From Phallusia mammillata (taxonomy: Eukaryota): a DNA stretch of 64,000 bases. Within the stretch, counting starts at the first letter, position 1. Every line of letters starts with the position of its first letter. The notes under the pieces are model-generated. The model ran no database searches and had not been told where the DNA came from. It worked only from the letters and a program-made list of their open reading frames with translations. The DNA lies in NCBI GenBank assembly GCA_965637545.1, contig OZ281499.1:2170001-2234000 (forward strand). Direction: 5' to 3'. Of this stretch, positions 11,953 to 24,346 are shown piece after piece. Position numbers and translations under genes: made by a program.

Positions 11953-14617
11953 CTGTGAAAAGAAAAGAAGAAAATTAATTATTTTGATATTCTATTTGAA
12001 TAAGGTATACTGATGATGCTGAAAAAAGGTTGTGTATTTCATATTAATTAAGTCAAGATAAACAACGCCTTCAATCGGCCAGCGTACAGTGAGGATGAAT
12101 ATTTATAATTAAATTCTGTCGATTTCCACTGTTGATTGTAACTTTAAAGTTTTTTGCTTTAAATTTTTATTACACCAAATTAGGAAAATATGAGACTTAT
12201 CTCAATGGTAGCAATTAGTGTCAAAAAATCTCGATGAATAATATTTTTTCGCACGGTCTTTGTAGCATAATGGAACAAGTGCATACATTCTGCTACCCAC
12301 TTGCGGGTTTGAATATATGCGGATATTGGTGTCTTTTTGCGATTTGGGCGGCGCTTTTGTGTGTGGTATTACTTTTAAGTGGTTACTTGCGTCTTGTAAT
12401 CGCGGCAAACTGATTTAGATCAACGGATTAAGTCGGTGTATAGCCACATACACCTTTTACTCGATTAGTGGAAGCCCTTTGAAGTTTTTTCTAGCACTTC
12501 TGGTTCGCGATTGCGCTGTCAAAATCAGCCATGTTGTAGCATTATTAAATCCGCCACGCAATTTGCATCATCCTAGTTAGCCTTTGCTGTAAATACCTTT
12601 TTACGACCGTCCTCGATACGCTTCACTATCCTACCGCATTATGGGACAATTTTATCGATAATGTCACTCTTTTACCCGAAGTAACGTGTCCCAGTTAGGG
12701 TCCGGTTACTTTGGCGCATGTCGTCGACCGTTCGGCCCAGGGGGTAAACGGCAATTACTGCGCGTTTTTCCGGCCCAAAACACGCTCCCTAATCCGACGT
12801 TTAGCGAAAGTCGATCTTTTTTGACGTCGCCCAACCGTTGCGAACGCCTTTTTTCTCTGGATGACATAATTCCAGTACATAGAGCACAAATCACTGTTGT
12901 TTAAAAGGTCAATGCTTGCTATTTATGAGTGCTTATGTCAGATTTTAAATACAAACGACTCTTTTTAGCACCAAAAGCCATTTTATCGCAGCAGACAGGA
13001 AATGTTTATCAACCTTACAAAGTCTTTTTGTATTACGTGGTGTTTGGTTGCGACGAAATAATTTGACGAATCACTAATTTTTGTAATTGGAGCGAACTTA
13101 AACTATCAGCTTTTGAGCTCTAGGGTTTCTTGCGTGCAAAGCCATGGTTTTATCGCTCCTTTAGCCAACGAGCTTCGTTTCGCTGTTTACACTAAAGATT
13201 TTGACGTCAAAACAATCTTTGTTTTTCTTTATGTTTCTTTGCTTGCCTTGAAAAATGCCCCTGAATCTGTAAGATCCCATTTTTACCTAACAAGTACAAA
13301 CCCTCGCGCCCTTGTAAAGCCCAGCTAAGCGTCCAGTTGTTTGTGGCACGGGTCGCTTAGTGTCAAAGCCCCGTGAGGCGGTAATTCGTAGATGACCGCG
13401 CCGTTGGTTTAAGCTTGACCCACAAAAACCAGCTCGCCAAGACTTAAAAGTTGACCGCGGAGCCGCCAGGTCAATGCCAACGATTTTCAGGCGAATTTTT
13501 TACCGAGAAAATTGCCCGCGCGAAATTGTTTCAAGCCCCGTTATTGCAGCGCACCCTGAATTCAATCGTCAGCGGGGTTTGAAAAGTGATTAATTTCGCA
13601 TTGACACATCGTTTCACCGCCCTTTTGAGGTTGGTGTTGAGCGCATAAAGTTAATAGTCGCTGGCACTTCGCCTATTTACATGCATTATTCAGCGCTAAA
13701 ACCGCACCCGAGTATTCTTATTCTCTGCTCCACGATTTATCAACATTGGCTGAATAAGCGTCTTTCGGCCGCAGAGAAATCGGCGCCACAACCAAACTAC
13801 TGAGCACTCCGCCTTTTGTATTTTCCAGAAATATTAAGTTCAAAAATTCCGAAGTTCATGGGTATCGTTTGTCCTAACGTAAAGATGTAAATTAAAACGT
13901 TACTTCATCCTGACTGTAGCCAGATTACTTTCAGTGCCGAAATTCAAATGATGAAAATTAAAGTGTAACAATATCGTCAAAAAATTATGTGCTATAATAC
14001 TTTGCCGTCTTAGAGCATACTTAAAATTACAATTTTCTAATCTTTGAAACAGATACGAACGTATAGCACGTATTTATTTGCGTTTAATATTAACTTCTAC
14101 GCAGAATGCGACAGTCTGGGCCCACCATCCCTTATTGGTTTTCGACCTTTTTGCAGGTCACTTTTTCGCCCGTTGCTGTCTATTTTGGTCTTGGACACAT
14201 TTAATCGACCACTTGGTGCAAATGTTGATTGGCTTGAGCGCGCGTTGGTGATGTTTATCTATGCGTGGGAAATTTTAGTTTGCTGTAGTCGAGTTTCGCC
14301 GCTGTTTGCTTTTTATAGGACTACAGTTTTCCAAAAATTACCCTCTGTTAAAATCTACTTCCCAAGCGCCCCAAAGATGAAAATCCAATACATTGAGATT
14401 CCTAAACTATTTGACATTGCTTTTGTTGATCCAAATATGATTGTGTTTACGCTTTTAAATGTTTAAATAGTTGCAGCGCGAAATTGAGCAGGTTTATCGT
14501 TTGCGCAATAATCTTTCTAATACTCGAGTGGTGTATTTGCTAACACGAAACGAATTGAGCTGTTAATAAACTGGCAACAGTTGGTTGCTGATGCTATATT
14601 AGCAAACGATAACTCAC

Positions 14618-14718
14618 CTTGGTCAGAAATGCTCCGTTTAAGTAACCGCGGATTGCAGTAGTTTGACATGTACGCGCATTTGAATTTAATCAGGCCTTCG
14701 CACTTGCTGACTCGAATC
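14618..14718 (-). CDS. Exon of candidate Cys-rich peptide gene: IRVSKCEGLIKFKCAYMSNYCNPRLLKRSISDQ
   Basis: Strong acceptor ttgttttatttttggcAG and donor CAAG|GTGAGT; only one frame is open (phase 2 to 1). Confidence 0.6.
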
Positions 14719-16574
14719 CTGCCAAAAATAAAACAAGAATAAATTAAAATAAGTTTAACACAAAAAATTGCGCATTTTTTGTCAGTACGCACGAAATAAT
14801 AACGTTTAGAATTAATATTAATGGAACTACTGCTGTCGCGTACATGTAGAATACAATATTTAAAAACATTTTTGGCTGCAATTTAGTTTTAGATAATTTT
14901 TGGTACAAACACTTTTTGCATTTAATCGTTTATTGCCAATATTTGTCACTCCTATTTTTGTTTTTGCGTTTTTAAATTGTAACTGTAATACAGTTTGTTT
15001 AAAAAAATCGCCTCAGTCATTTGCGTCTCTTACCAAAATCTCGGGGAATATGGTCCCGCATTCGTCGTGGCAATGCTGCAGCATAATAAAATCACTAACA
15101 CGCAAACGGTGGGGTTGTATGTGATTCCACGAATAGTAACGGGGGACTCAAACCGACTCAATCCCTCCAAATAAGACCTTCGACACGATGATATGTACTC
15201 CATAACAGAATTTAAACAAGAATCAGTATTCCGATAATAGCACCTCGGGCTCAGGAGACAAAATCACAGACGGCTGTACTGTGAACTTTAATACGACTTC
15301 ACTAAACTGATTTTCGAAAACGCATGCCGCGTGCTTATAAACGCGCCCATTGTTTTGTCATAAATCCCTTTTTTGCGAAACGCCGTCATTATTCTGCCTT
15401 TAGAATCGCAAGTAAAAGGTCGCACATCTTTGCAAGGAGAAGACGAGCGAAAAAGGCAGCTAGCTCGGCGTTTGCTGGCCTCGTAGCGGCTGACTCGCGG
15501 TTCCTACTGTCCGCGCTTTTTTCGCTGACTCTTAAAAAGAACTAAACTATCAAAGATTCGATTCATCCGCCGAAGCAGAAAATCGATTTATTCCGGCTTC
15601 CCGACAAATTGGCTTGTCCTACGATGGACGTAAAATTGACGCTGTGAGATTGATATGACGCATTGAGAGACCTGTGGGACGGCGTTTTAATGATGTTGTT
15701 TCGATGTTCTTCATCAGTCGTGAATCTTTAATTGACCTAAATATGTTTCACGGTAATAATCGACCTGGTTTGAATAGCAATACCCTGTTAGTCGCAATAT
15801 GGCATTCAGGGGATTTTGAATTTCTTTTTTCTGATCACTATCGGCGATTATTTCTTGTCTTTATCTAAGTTGGTTATAGATGGTAAGTTTTCTTGCTCAA
15901 CTACACGTATTTACTTTTGTTGGTACGTTACGCTTTGCCTGGTTAGCTGTTTCAGAACGAAAACAGAGCAAGGAAAATGTTACCACCACAAGTTACGTTT
16001 TTGCTCTAAAAAGGCAGACATTTTAGCCGACATTCAAACGGTTCTGTTACTGCATGCGGTTTGGGCTTTTATGACCTTTTTTGTGTATTAACCAAGTCGT
16101 AAGTGGTAAGTCGGGTATGGAGTTTGAATAGAGCTGACTTGGTTCCGTCCTGATTTCACAAAACCACTTTTGTGGCGCACTTTTGCCAACTTTAGGCCTG
16201 ACTCGACATTTATTTTAACAAAATTCCGAACAGAACGGATTTCAGTACGTCCGGGTTTGGGTTCTAGCATCACTTTTAGACTGATTACAACTTTGTTTTA
16301 GACTCACGAACCGACTCGAACCCTAATCCGACCCGACTTCCGACTTTGGCACTGCATTAAAAATTTTAGCGGGTCACACTTCTTTCAAAATCCATATAAA
16401 ACGTCTTCACAAGGTCATACAACCTGTAGGAAATGAACCGCAGGTTGTACACCCCTGTCTTACTATACATCAAAATACGACAGTAAACAGTATATTAATG
16501 CGATACAATGCCATACTTGTTAATGTATTTTTGATGACCCTCTCTCAAAACGGAAGGTTGACGTGAACTCCTAC

Positions 16575-18180
16575 CACTCTTGCAAATTTGAAAACGACTT
16601 TGGCATCTCGGAGCCGTTGTCGTATGGGTTTGAAAGAAAATGAATCTGCAATTTGCAATTTGCTGACAGATAATTGAGAATGTTTATGTACCCAAGTTAA
16701 ACAGGCACGACGCGCTCACTTATGACTTGTATGTACTTACTCATGCCAAAAAGTGAAAAATATGATTCGCGCCACTTTATATTTCAGGCCATACTTGCCA
16801 CTATATAGCTTGACCTCATATTTACCATTCATTTTTGGGGTCTTGACCACCAGACGAGATAGGCAATAGTTTCAATTTTTCTGTCGCCAAGGCAATTCTC
16901 GCACTTCACGACTCATTTCGTTCGCGGTTGTGACAAATCCACCAATAATAAGGTTCGTTTATAACGTGGTCAAAACTGCCTCGAAGACATGTGGTAAAAT
17001 CGTTTGTCATTCTCTAATGGTTGTCAACTACTTTGTACAATTCGACCTTAACCCGAAAGTACAAGCCCGTGAAAATTTTCAACCCTATCAGTTGCTGCTT
17101 TTTGAGAAAATCCCCCTTACAGCAAGTTTGTGTGGTAAATGTGAAGCGACCTCGTCTTCTGTAATATTACCTTCGCCTTAATCGCACCCTAGTAAAAACA
17201 AAGCACATACATAACTGGGGTTTTTGTACAACAGGTGTTGTGTCTGTTTAGCTGGAATGCAAAATGTAGTTCAGTTTTGTGTATTGTTTCTTGTTTTTGA
17301 GTTCTGCTGACCAACCTGACGAGACCAATTTGCTGTTACAGATGTTAAGTGCATGTAGGAACGATTCTGTATGTTGCGCGTTCGGTATTTATGACGCATA
17401 TGTGCTCTTGTTTTAACGTGTATCTGCCTTAAAACGTCCGTTTCCTATCGAAAACAAAGATCTTGTTGAAAATTCTAATTGTCATTTTCCAAATCTCTTT
17501 GAAACAAAATTGTCCACGTTCAAACGCGTTTCCTTTATGACTCTCGTATTGGTATCGGCAATTTATAAGTTAGCTCATTTGAAATACGTAAAATTGATTC
17601 AATTATCCCATATCTGTTGTCACATCTTACATATTTTTCTGTGAATCAACTTTCGATGTAAAAAATACAAACAATCACCCCGATTCTTCCTAGGAATGTG
17701 TGATGGTCAGTCACACAAATGACGCCTCGTTTAAAGATAAGAGCTCGCAAGTTCCTTTGACGTAATGTGGTGAAAACGTCAAAATAAATGTTTGCAGTGG
17801 CAACACAAGCAACATAGAAGTCATAACGTGTTCAGTGATTCACCTTTCCAGCAGTTTCAATTGCCCTAAAGTTGTTTTCTACATCTATGAAACGCTATAC
17901 TGCGGTTCTAAAGTTACAAAGTTGAACGTCCTAAACAAATTTGACATCTACATGCAATAAAAGTTCTATATAACGGAAATTCGTTGATCCAAATGGCTTG
18001 CATGTATATTGATGTTTAACATGAAATGAGAGACTTACTTTTGAGCTGACGGCTTTGCATGTCTTGTGTAGGTGACTTTAAAAGGGTGCGACTGTGTAAA
18101 GTCTGACTGCTTTGACGTGAGTGCAAAACACAGCAGCAGAGATGCAAACTGCTATCTTGCATTACTGAGCCATTGCTCAT
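16575..18180 (-). CDS. Tentative upstream exons of the same unit (18180-18039, 17158-17121, 16645-16575)
   Basis: Phase-compatible chain giving a 149-aa ORF in total. Donors GTAAGT, GTAAGG and GTAGGA, but acceptors are weak and alternative chains are possible. Confidence 0.3.
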
Positions 18181-19118
18181 ATCCTAGTATTAGACCCCGG
18201 GCGTTTAGGATTTGGACTAAGCTTGCAGCGCGAAACTGTTAGTTGTCAAATTTGAACAAGATTAGTCGAATCCATCACCTAAATCGAATTTTTCGCACCA
18301 AATTTCGACGATATTTTAAATTTTGTGTAATTTAAGTTAAATAAAATGTAAGGTAAAAATGTTTTTTTTTCGTGTGTGAAGTTTGTAAATAAACTTTACA
18401 ACTGATCAATCCCCAATAAATTCAGCCCTTTTGTAGGTTTCTACGTTTGGATCTTGTATTTTGTGCACGTTTAAATAAAGTCAAATTATTTTAGGAGATA
18501 ACGATATATGTTTATGAATGCAGTAAACAAATTAATTTGCATTTGTAACGTGCTATTCTTCCCGATGTGGCCTGGTAATTTTTTTTGACATTTATGATTA
18601 TCGCCTAATTTGACACTTTTACATTACTGTTAGCAAGAGCATTGGACAATATAGATCTTATTTTATGGTAATCTATGATTTTACTTTTTCGGGCAGTACA
18701 ACAATCACAACTAAAATTAAGAAATGGAAATTATTCTAAAGCTGTCGGTTTGGGTGTTGGAATTAGAACAAAAGTTACTCCCAAAAGGGTGCCGTGCGAA
18801 CCTATATGGATCATGCAGCTTACTTAAAACAACAATATTACGTTGTTTTAACGTGGCTTTAAACCTAGAAATTCCGAAAACATTTTGGTTGTTCACCTCT
18901 GAGCTACGTGTAGCCTACTTATTTATCACGTCACAATATGTGGTGGTGACTTCGCTAGGAAGCATTCCTGAAATCAACCGTGCTTGCTTCCCAGGCCCCA
19001 GACGTGGTTCAATGCTGCTGAAATGTCAATTACAGTGTGAAAAGGTGCGTGCTTTGCAGCTAATGTAGCCGATTTGGTTTAAGTTCCATTACGACTCCAG
19101 CATGAGGCAAATTATCCC

Positions 19119-19832
19119 CTGGTTAAGGTTGGACTCGGTCAAGCGCAAGTACCTGGAAACTTAGTTGGTTTGGTTTTGGTTTAAACTTACAGTTGCATGG
19201 CTGACGTAGCATCCCCATGACGTTTGAAACCACCGCAGACTATACACAACATTGCGAATACCTTTGCAAGAATATTGTGTTTGTAGTGCATAAGTAAGAC
19301 ATTTTGGGGTGAACATTTCAAAGCAACGCCTCGTATTGTTTTATTTTATATTGACACATTACATGTTGTTAACAACATGAGTAAGACATTTTGGGGTGAA
19401 CATTTCAAAGCAACGCCTCGTATTGTTTTATTTTATATTGGCACATTACATGTTGTTGACAACATGAGTAAGACATTTTGGGGTGAACATTTCAAAGCAA
19501 CGCCTCATATGGCTTTATTTTATATTGGCACATTACATGTTGTTGACAACATGAGTAAGACATTTTGGGGTGAACATTTCAAAGCAACGCCTCGTATTGT
19601 TTTATTTTATATTGGCACATTACATGTTGTTGACAACATGAGTAAGACATTTTGGGGTGAACATTTCAAAGCAACGCCTCGTATTGCTTTATTTTATATT
19701 GACACATTACATGTTGTTAACAACATAATTCCTTAAGAAGCTGCGTCAGCCATGCAACTGTAAGTTTAAACCAAAACCAAACATGCTAAGTTTCCAGGTA
19801 CTTGCGCTTGACCGAGGCCAAACTTTAACCAG
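19119..19832. mobile_element. Fold-back/TIR element with ~92-bp inverted repeats
   Basis: 19119-19210 is the near-perfect reverse complement of 19740-19832; TTAA sits 4 bp inside each end; flanks TATCCC/TATCTC. Confidence 0.75.
19294..19726. repeat. 87-bp tandem array (about 5 units)
   Basis: GTAAGACATTTTGGGGTG starts at 19294, 19381, 19468, 19555, 19642; a diverged sixth unit lies at about 19866-19955. Confidence 0.95.
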
Positions 19833-22025
19833 TATCTCAGGAACATATGGTGTTTGTAATGCAAGAGTAAGACAATTCAGGGGTGAACATTTCAAAGCAG
19901 CCCCTCGCATTGCTCTATTGTATGACACATTATATAATTTTTTTGACAACATGCATTATATTGAGTAAATGTAGCTTACAAACAAGTTGGCTCACTTTTA
20001 AAAAACGTTAGGATAGGAAGAAAAGAATGTTTACTGCAGAATAAACCAAATGAACCAATGTCCAAAAGCGTTTCTTCATGTTGCAAACTGCTGAGGGGTT
20101 GTGTATGATATTTTGTTACGGTGTTGAAAATTTATTGGTCTGTGTTTACCCAAAGTATGAACACAAATGTTGATGGATATTTATCATTTACGCCCGATTT
20201 CCTTATGTCTGGACCGGTATTCCGAAATCAACAACATGCTATTTCATACAATAGAGATAATTGTTGGCATTTTTCGAAAAAATTGCAATCATGCACTTCC
20301 CGGCCATTCAAGTCCATAACCCTTGTCGTTGTTGACTTGGACTTAACGGAAACGGGATTTATAAGCATCGGAATGCATCATTACTTTCTAAAGGGTATCT
20401 CATATACGGATCGACTCCTGCACTGAACACTGTACAAACATTGTTCTAAGTGCTTTGCTGTTTTGACTGCTGCGAAGCTGAGTTGGCTATTTGCTCCGGC
20501 GTCGACAAAAAACTTTCCGCAAAATTTTTGTGACCCTCAGTGACGTGGTGAAAGTTTTTTCGTCCCACATTATCCGAATTTTATGCTTGAATTGATTGCA
20601 ATAAGCTGGTTTGTGTGTTTTGACATGACAGATCAAAGTTGAACGTCAATAATAAATATTCTATTATCCTAACACAGGTATCTCGTTTGGCATGTCAAAA
20701 CGTCGGTAGTTTGTAACAAAACTGACGAAGGAAAGATATACGTTTTTACTTTAAGCCTCGCAGCAACAAGAGCATATTTATTTGTTAATAATAAATGATC
20801 TGTAATTTTTGCAAACAACACTTTTGTTATTTAGAGAAATCTCCCGCAGACAATAACATGTAAAAAAGAAAGATTCTTGCTTCTGATCTGTTGAATATTT
20901 AGACTGTTTAAATTCGACAGTTGCCCACGTTTTGGCTTTTACGGAATTCTTGATGGCTGTTTATTTAACGCGAAATATATGTTTCTGTTGATTTTGAAAA
21001 AAGATTTACACTTTTTACTTTTTTTTTATGAAACAGTCTTATATGTAATTTTTGCATATGTTCAAAGGTTGAAGTTGAAAATCAATTTTTCAACGGAAGT
21101 GGATCTCTTCAAGCGTTCATATTTCCTGCAGTGATGCTCTTTTAAAGTGGTGAGCGCTCTGGATAATTTCCTTCACTGAGGTGACAGTTCATGTTTATGG
21201 ATCTTGTAAAAAATAAAAACATTTGTACCTCACAGAGCGATCGTATATCAAAAACCCAACAGATTCCAAACCGCGTAGTAGATTGTTATTGATGTTTCCT
21301 TTGCTTTACCGGGGCCAACGACTGTTGTTTGTTTCGCCTTAGACCCGGTAAATCAACACCTGTTAGGAGCCTTAGCGCTTCTGATCATCAAAGCCGCCTA
21401 ACATGGCGATAACTGACATCGGTCAGAGGCCTACGCGGTTTTGGAGGCCTAATCGAATCATTGTAATGGAGAAGAACACACACCGCTTTAACAAACTTGT
21501 TTGAAAGACCCGTGACAAACTATGGGAGGTTTTGCCCGCGAAGAGGCTCTCTCATAGGATCAAAGTGTGCAGGATTTGTAAACAGATACCTTGCCCCGAA
21601 ACTCATTCTTCTGTTCTTGAGCTACCTAGTAAGCTTAACGCGTTATTGTACCATAACACCCCAAATACTAAAGACCAATCATACAGCGTTCTAATACCCT
21701 TACATATTTTTCCCCGGAATTCGAGTACTGCTTACTTAGCTGCTGCAATATTCATGTTTTCAAACGCAGCTGAAGCGTGCAATATAACGCACCTTTTATT
21801 GTTTTGGTGTTAACACGTGCCAGCGGATCAGGTAACCCACCCACGTTAAGCTGCGAAACGAAATTGAATCCCTCGCTATTTTACTTTTATAACCGCGTAA
21901 AGCGTAGTAAACACAGATGCTTGTCCTCAAATTTCAAAGTGGAATGCACTTTTACATATTTTCCAGGTTTGGAAAAAAAACTTGCAGCATTGCAATCATG
22001 ATTTGTGTGAAGTGACTTCGGTAAT

Positions 22026-22284
22026 CAAGTTTAAAGAGCTCTTCTGGCAAATGTGATTAGAGGGCCAATCATTTGTTATCGCGCGGTGTTTTCGTTGCGT
22101 TGTTACGTGCTTGCGTTCTATTCTTTTTTTCCTTTGTTTATCGTGCACTGTACTAGTCGCATTCAGTGTTATTTACCCTGATGAAGACGACCTGTATAGG
22201 ACGTCGAAACGTCGGAATAAAATCACATTTGCCAGAAGAGCTCTATAAACTTGATACTATGCCTGGCAGCAATAGCTTATATAT
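22026..22284 (+). mobile_element. Penelope-type pLTR fragment with inverted arm and hammerhead core
   Basis: 13-bp direct repeat TGACTTCGGTAAT (22013-22025, 22285-22297); 35-bp inverted repeat 22024-22058 / 22221-22255; CTGATGA...GAAACGTC inside. Confidence 0.7.
22169..22222 (+). ncRNA. Minimal type I hammerhead ribozyme motif
   Basis: CTGATGA (22178) - A - helix II GACG-A-CCT-GTAT-AGG-A-CGTC - GAAAC - GTC (22211-22213); loopless ACGT helix III; helix I TTATT..CC / GGAATAA. Confidence 0.65.
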
Positions 22285-22430
22285 TGACTTCGGTAATGTA
22301 ACAGCATTAGAACATTGGTTTTCAACTGTAGGTAAGGTTGAAATAGTGAACTTAAAAAAAATATAGTCTCTTTCGAAGTGAAATCAACCCCACAGTAGCA
22401 GTTTCCCTGTGATTACTGTTCTATACATAC

Positions 22431-22849
22431 TAATGATGTACCGAATCGGCGAAATTTCGATTCGGCCGAAACCGAATATTCGGTGGTTTTGCCGAATAAA
22501 TTCGGCCGAATCAACCGAATTATTTGTGACGTCACGCGAAGTCGTACCCTACGCCTTTGACATGAAAACATAAGTTTATCTACCTGGCTATTAGTACAGA
22601 ATGGTTGTGTTTCGTCCTTATTTTGATTGCCTCAATCATGATTTCCAACCCGACAATGAATCACTGATTTTTCGTATGCAGCTGGAAAAACGATATTGTG
22701 TTAAAAATACAATGATTGACACGATTTGCGTTGGTACTAAGCAGAAAAGACACGTTTACGCTTTAAATGTGTGTTCGTAAAAGATTCTTTGCAAAAGTGG
22801 CCGATTCGGCCGAATAAATTCGGCAAACCGAATATTCGGTACATCTCTA
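22431..22849. mobile_element. hAT MITE with TTCGGCCGAA subterminal repeats
   Basis: TIR TA(A/G)(T/A)GATGTACCGAA; exact TSD ATACATAC. Confidence 0.9.
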
Positions 22850-24235
22850 ATACATACATATAATCTAAAACCCAGGGTTTATACACTGGGTTTTAGATTA
22901 TAATAGTGAACATAATTACGTTGAAACGATATTTCGAACGATAATATTCCTAATGACAATCCTAGCTTTCAAATATATTTTATCACTTTTCGCAATTTTC
23001 TTTCCTTTATCGTTAAATAGATTAGTTTACAATATTTTAATTGAGCTGGTGGTCCATGGCATGAAACGAGTTGAAAACTACAGCTAGAGTTAAAAAAAAA
23101 CCAAAACGTAGAATTCCTGACCTTGAAATCGTTTTTAAACAATTATTTTAGCTTGTATTTTCTCCTACTTTGAATTAAACACATTAGGTAATGTATACCG
23201 ATGACGACATGCGTGAAACTTGTTGCGAGAAATCGCTTTAATCCGTTTTCAGACCTTTTATCATCTGCCATAATAATATCTTTGTGATCATGATTATACA
23301 TCCTGGCATTATAAACGATAATAGAAGGTGGTCGTATCCTTAAGCTGGTTTAAATACCAACATTTTCTTCACCACAAAATACAAATGCGCTCATTTGATT
23401 TGTCAGAATTAGTTCAATTCCGAGGAAACCGATTTAGGATTACAAAGTCGTTTGCCTATTTGTCATATCTATTAACTCTTCAATGATATTTTACTAAGAT
23501 AAAGATGCCGCCTTGGTCTATGACTATACTTTGGAAAATTAGACGTTTGTTTCTTGTGCTAAATTGAAAACAGATTTTCTATGTCACGAGTTTTTTCCTA
23601 ACGTTTTGTGGTAACATTTTAGTTAATGCCTTCTTACATACGAACAACTATGATGATTACATGGGCATTAACACACAAGTACAAGGCATTAATATGAGAT
23701 CTTTGGTACATATGGTGGCGTAAGGCTGTAAAACCAAACAATCTGTCAACAAGGACCAAATTTCGAAACAGTCAAAACTGATATTGTTGCAACAAGACTG
23801 TTTGGCGATGTCTGTGTCGTTTTGACCTGTTACTTAAATCGTTGTTTTGCTAACTCTAATACTTTAATCCCCGGCATTACTTAAGAGATCGACGGGCTGC
23901 TGGCGTTCAAATAGAACCCCCGGGAAGGTTGCAGTTGTCGATTGATATCTTTCGTTTCGCCCTGTTGGTAGTATGTGGGTGTACAGGTCCTCTCCTGGAG
24001 AGCCCCCAGTCTGCTTATGTGCGTCAAAGCAGAGCTGTAAGTCGGGCCGGGTTCGAACTTAGGTTTTTTTTCCATTCGGACCTGACTTTACACTCTGTGT
24101 CAGTATTAAAAAAAAAAAATTAAACTAGCTAAGTAGCCAGTTGCTGGACCTGACCTAATGTCAAACAGCCTTAAAACACCTTGTTCGAGACCAAATGTCT
24201 AATGTGTTTGTTGTCTTGGTCTTTTTCAAGCTTCA

Positions 24236-24346
24236 GATGTCGATTAGTTAAAGCCTTACCACATTACAAATCATTTGTACTTCAAGTTTTGTCCAAATTA
24301 GGTGAAAATCCGGATTAACCGAATCCGGTTTACCCGTGGTTTACTG
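24236..24346. mobile_element. 3' half of the same Tigger-like MITE
   Basis: Aligns with 45137-45248 (CGATTAGTTAAAGCCTTACCACATTACAAATCA...CCGGATTAACCGAATCCGG). Confidence 0.7.

Noticed and set aside
14618-14718. Assignment to noggin/trunk cystine-knot or endothelin families
   Set aside because: Only partial Cys spacing; the terminal CxC of cystine knots and Cys1/Cys15 of endothelin are absent
15680-15725. Minus-strand CTGATGAAGAACATCGAAAC hammerhead-like core
   Set aside because: No GUH cleavage triplet or helix I/III partner in any topology
19294-19726. CRISPR-like array
   Set aside because: Units are near-identical along their whole length with no unique spacers and no cas genes; eukaryotic context
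19377-19736. 119-aa ORF with 29-aa repeats
   Set aside because: By-product of an 87-bp (multiple of 3) tandem unit that lacks stops; no splice or promoter support
21532-21813. HRIKVCRICK resembling a Chapaev/RAG1 zinc motif
   Set aside because: The second CxxC is missing and there is no downstream transposase
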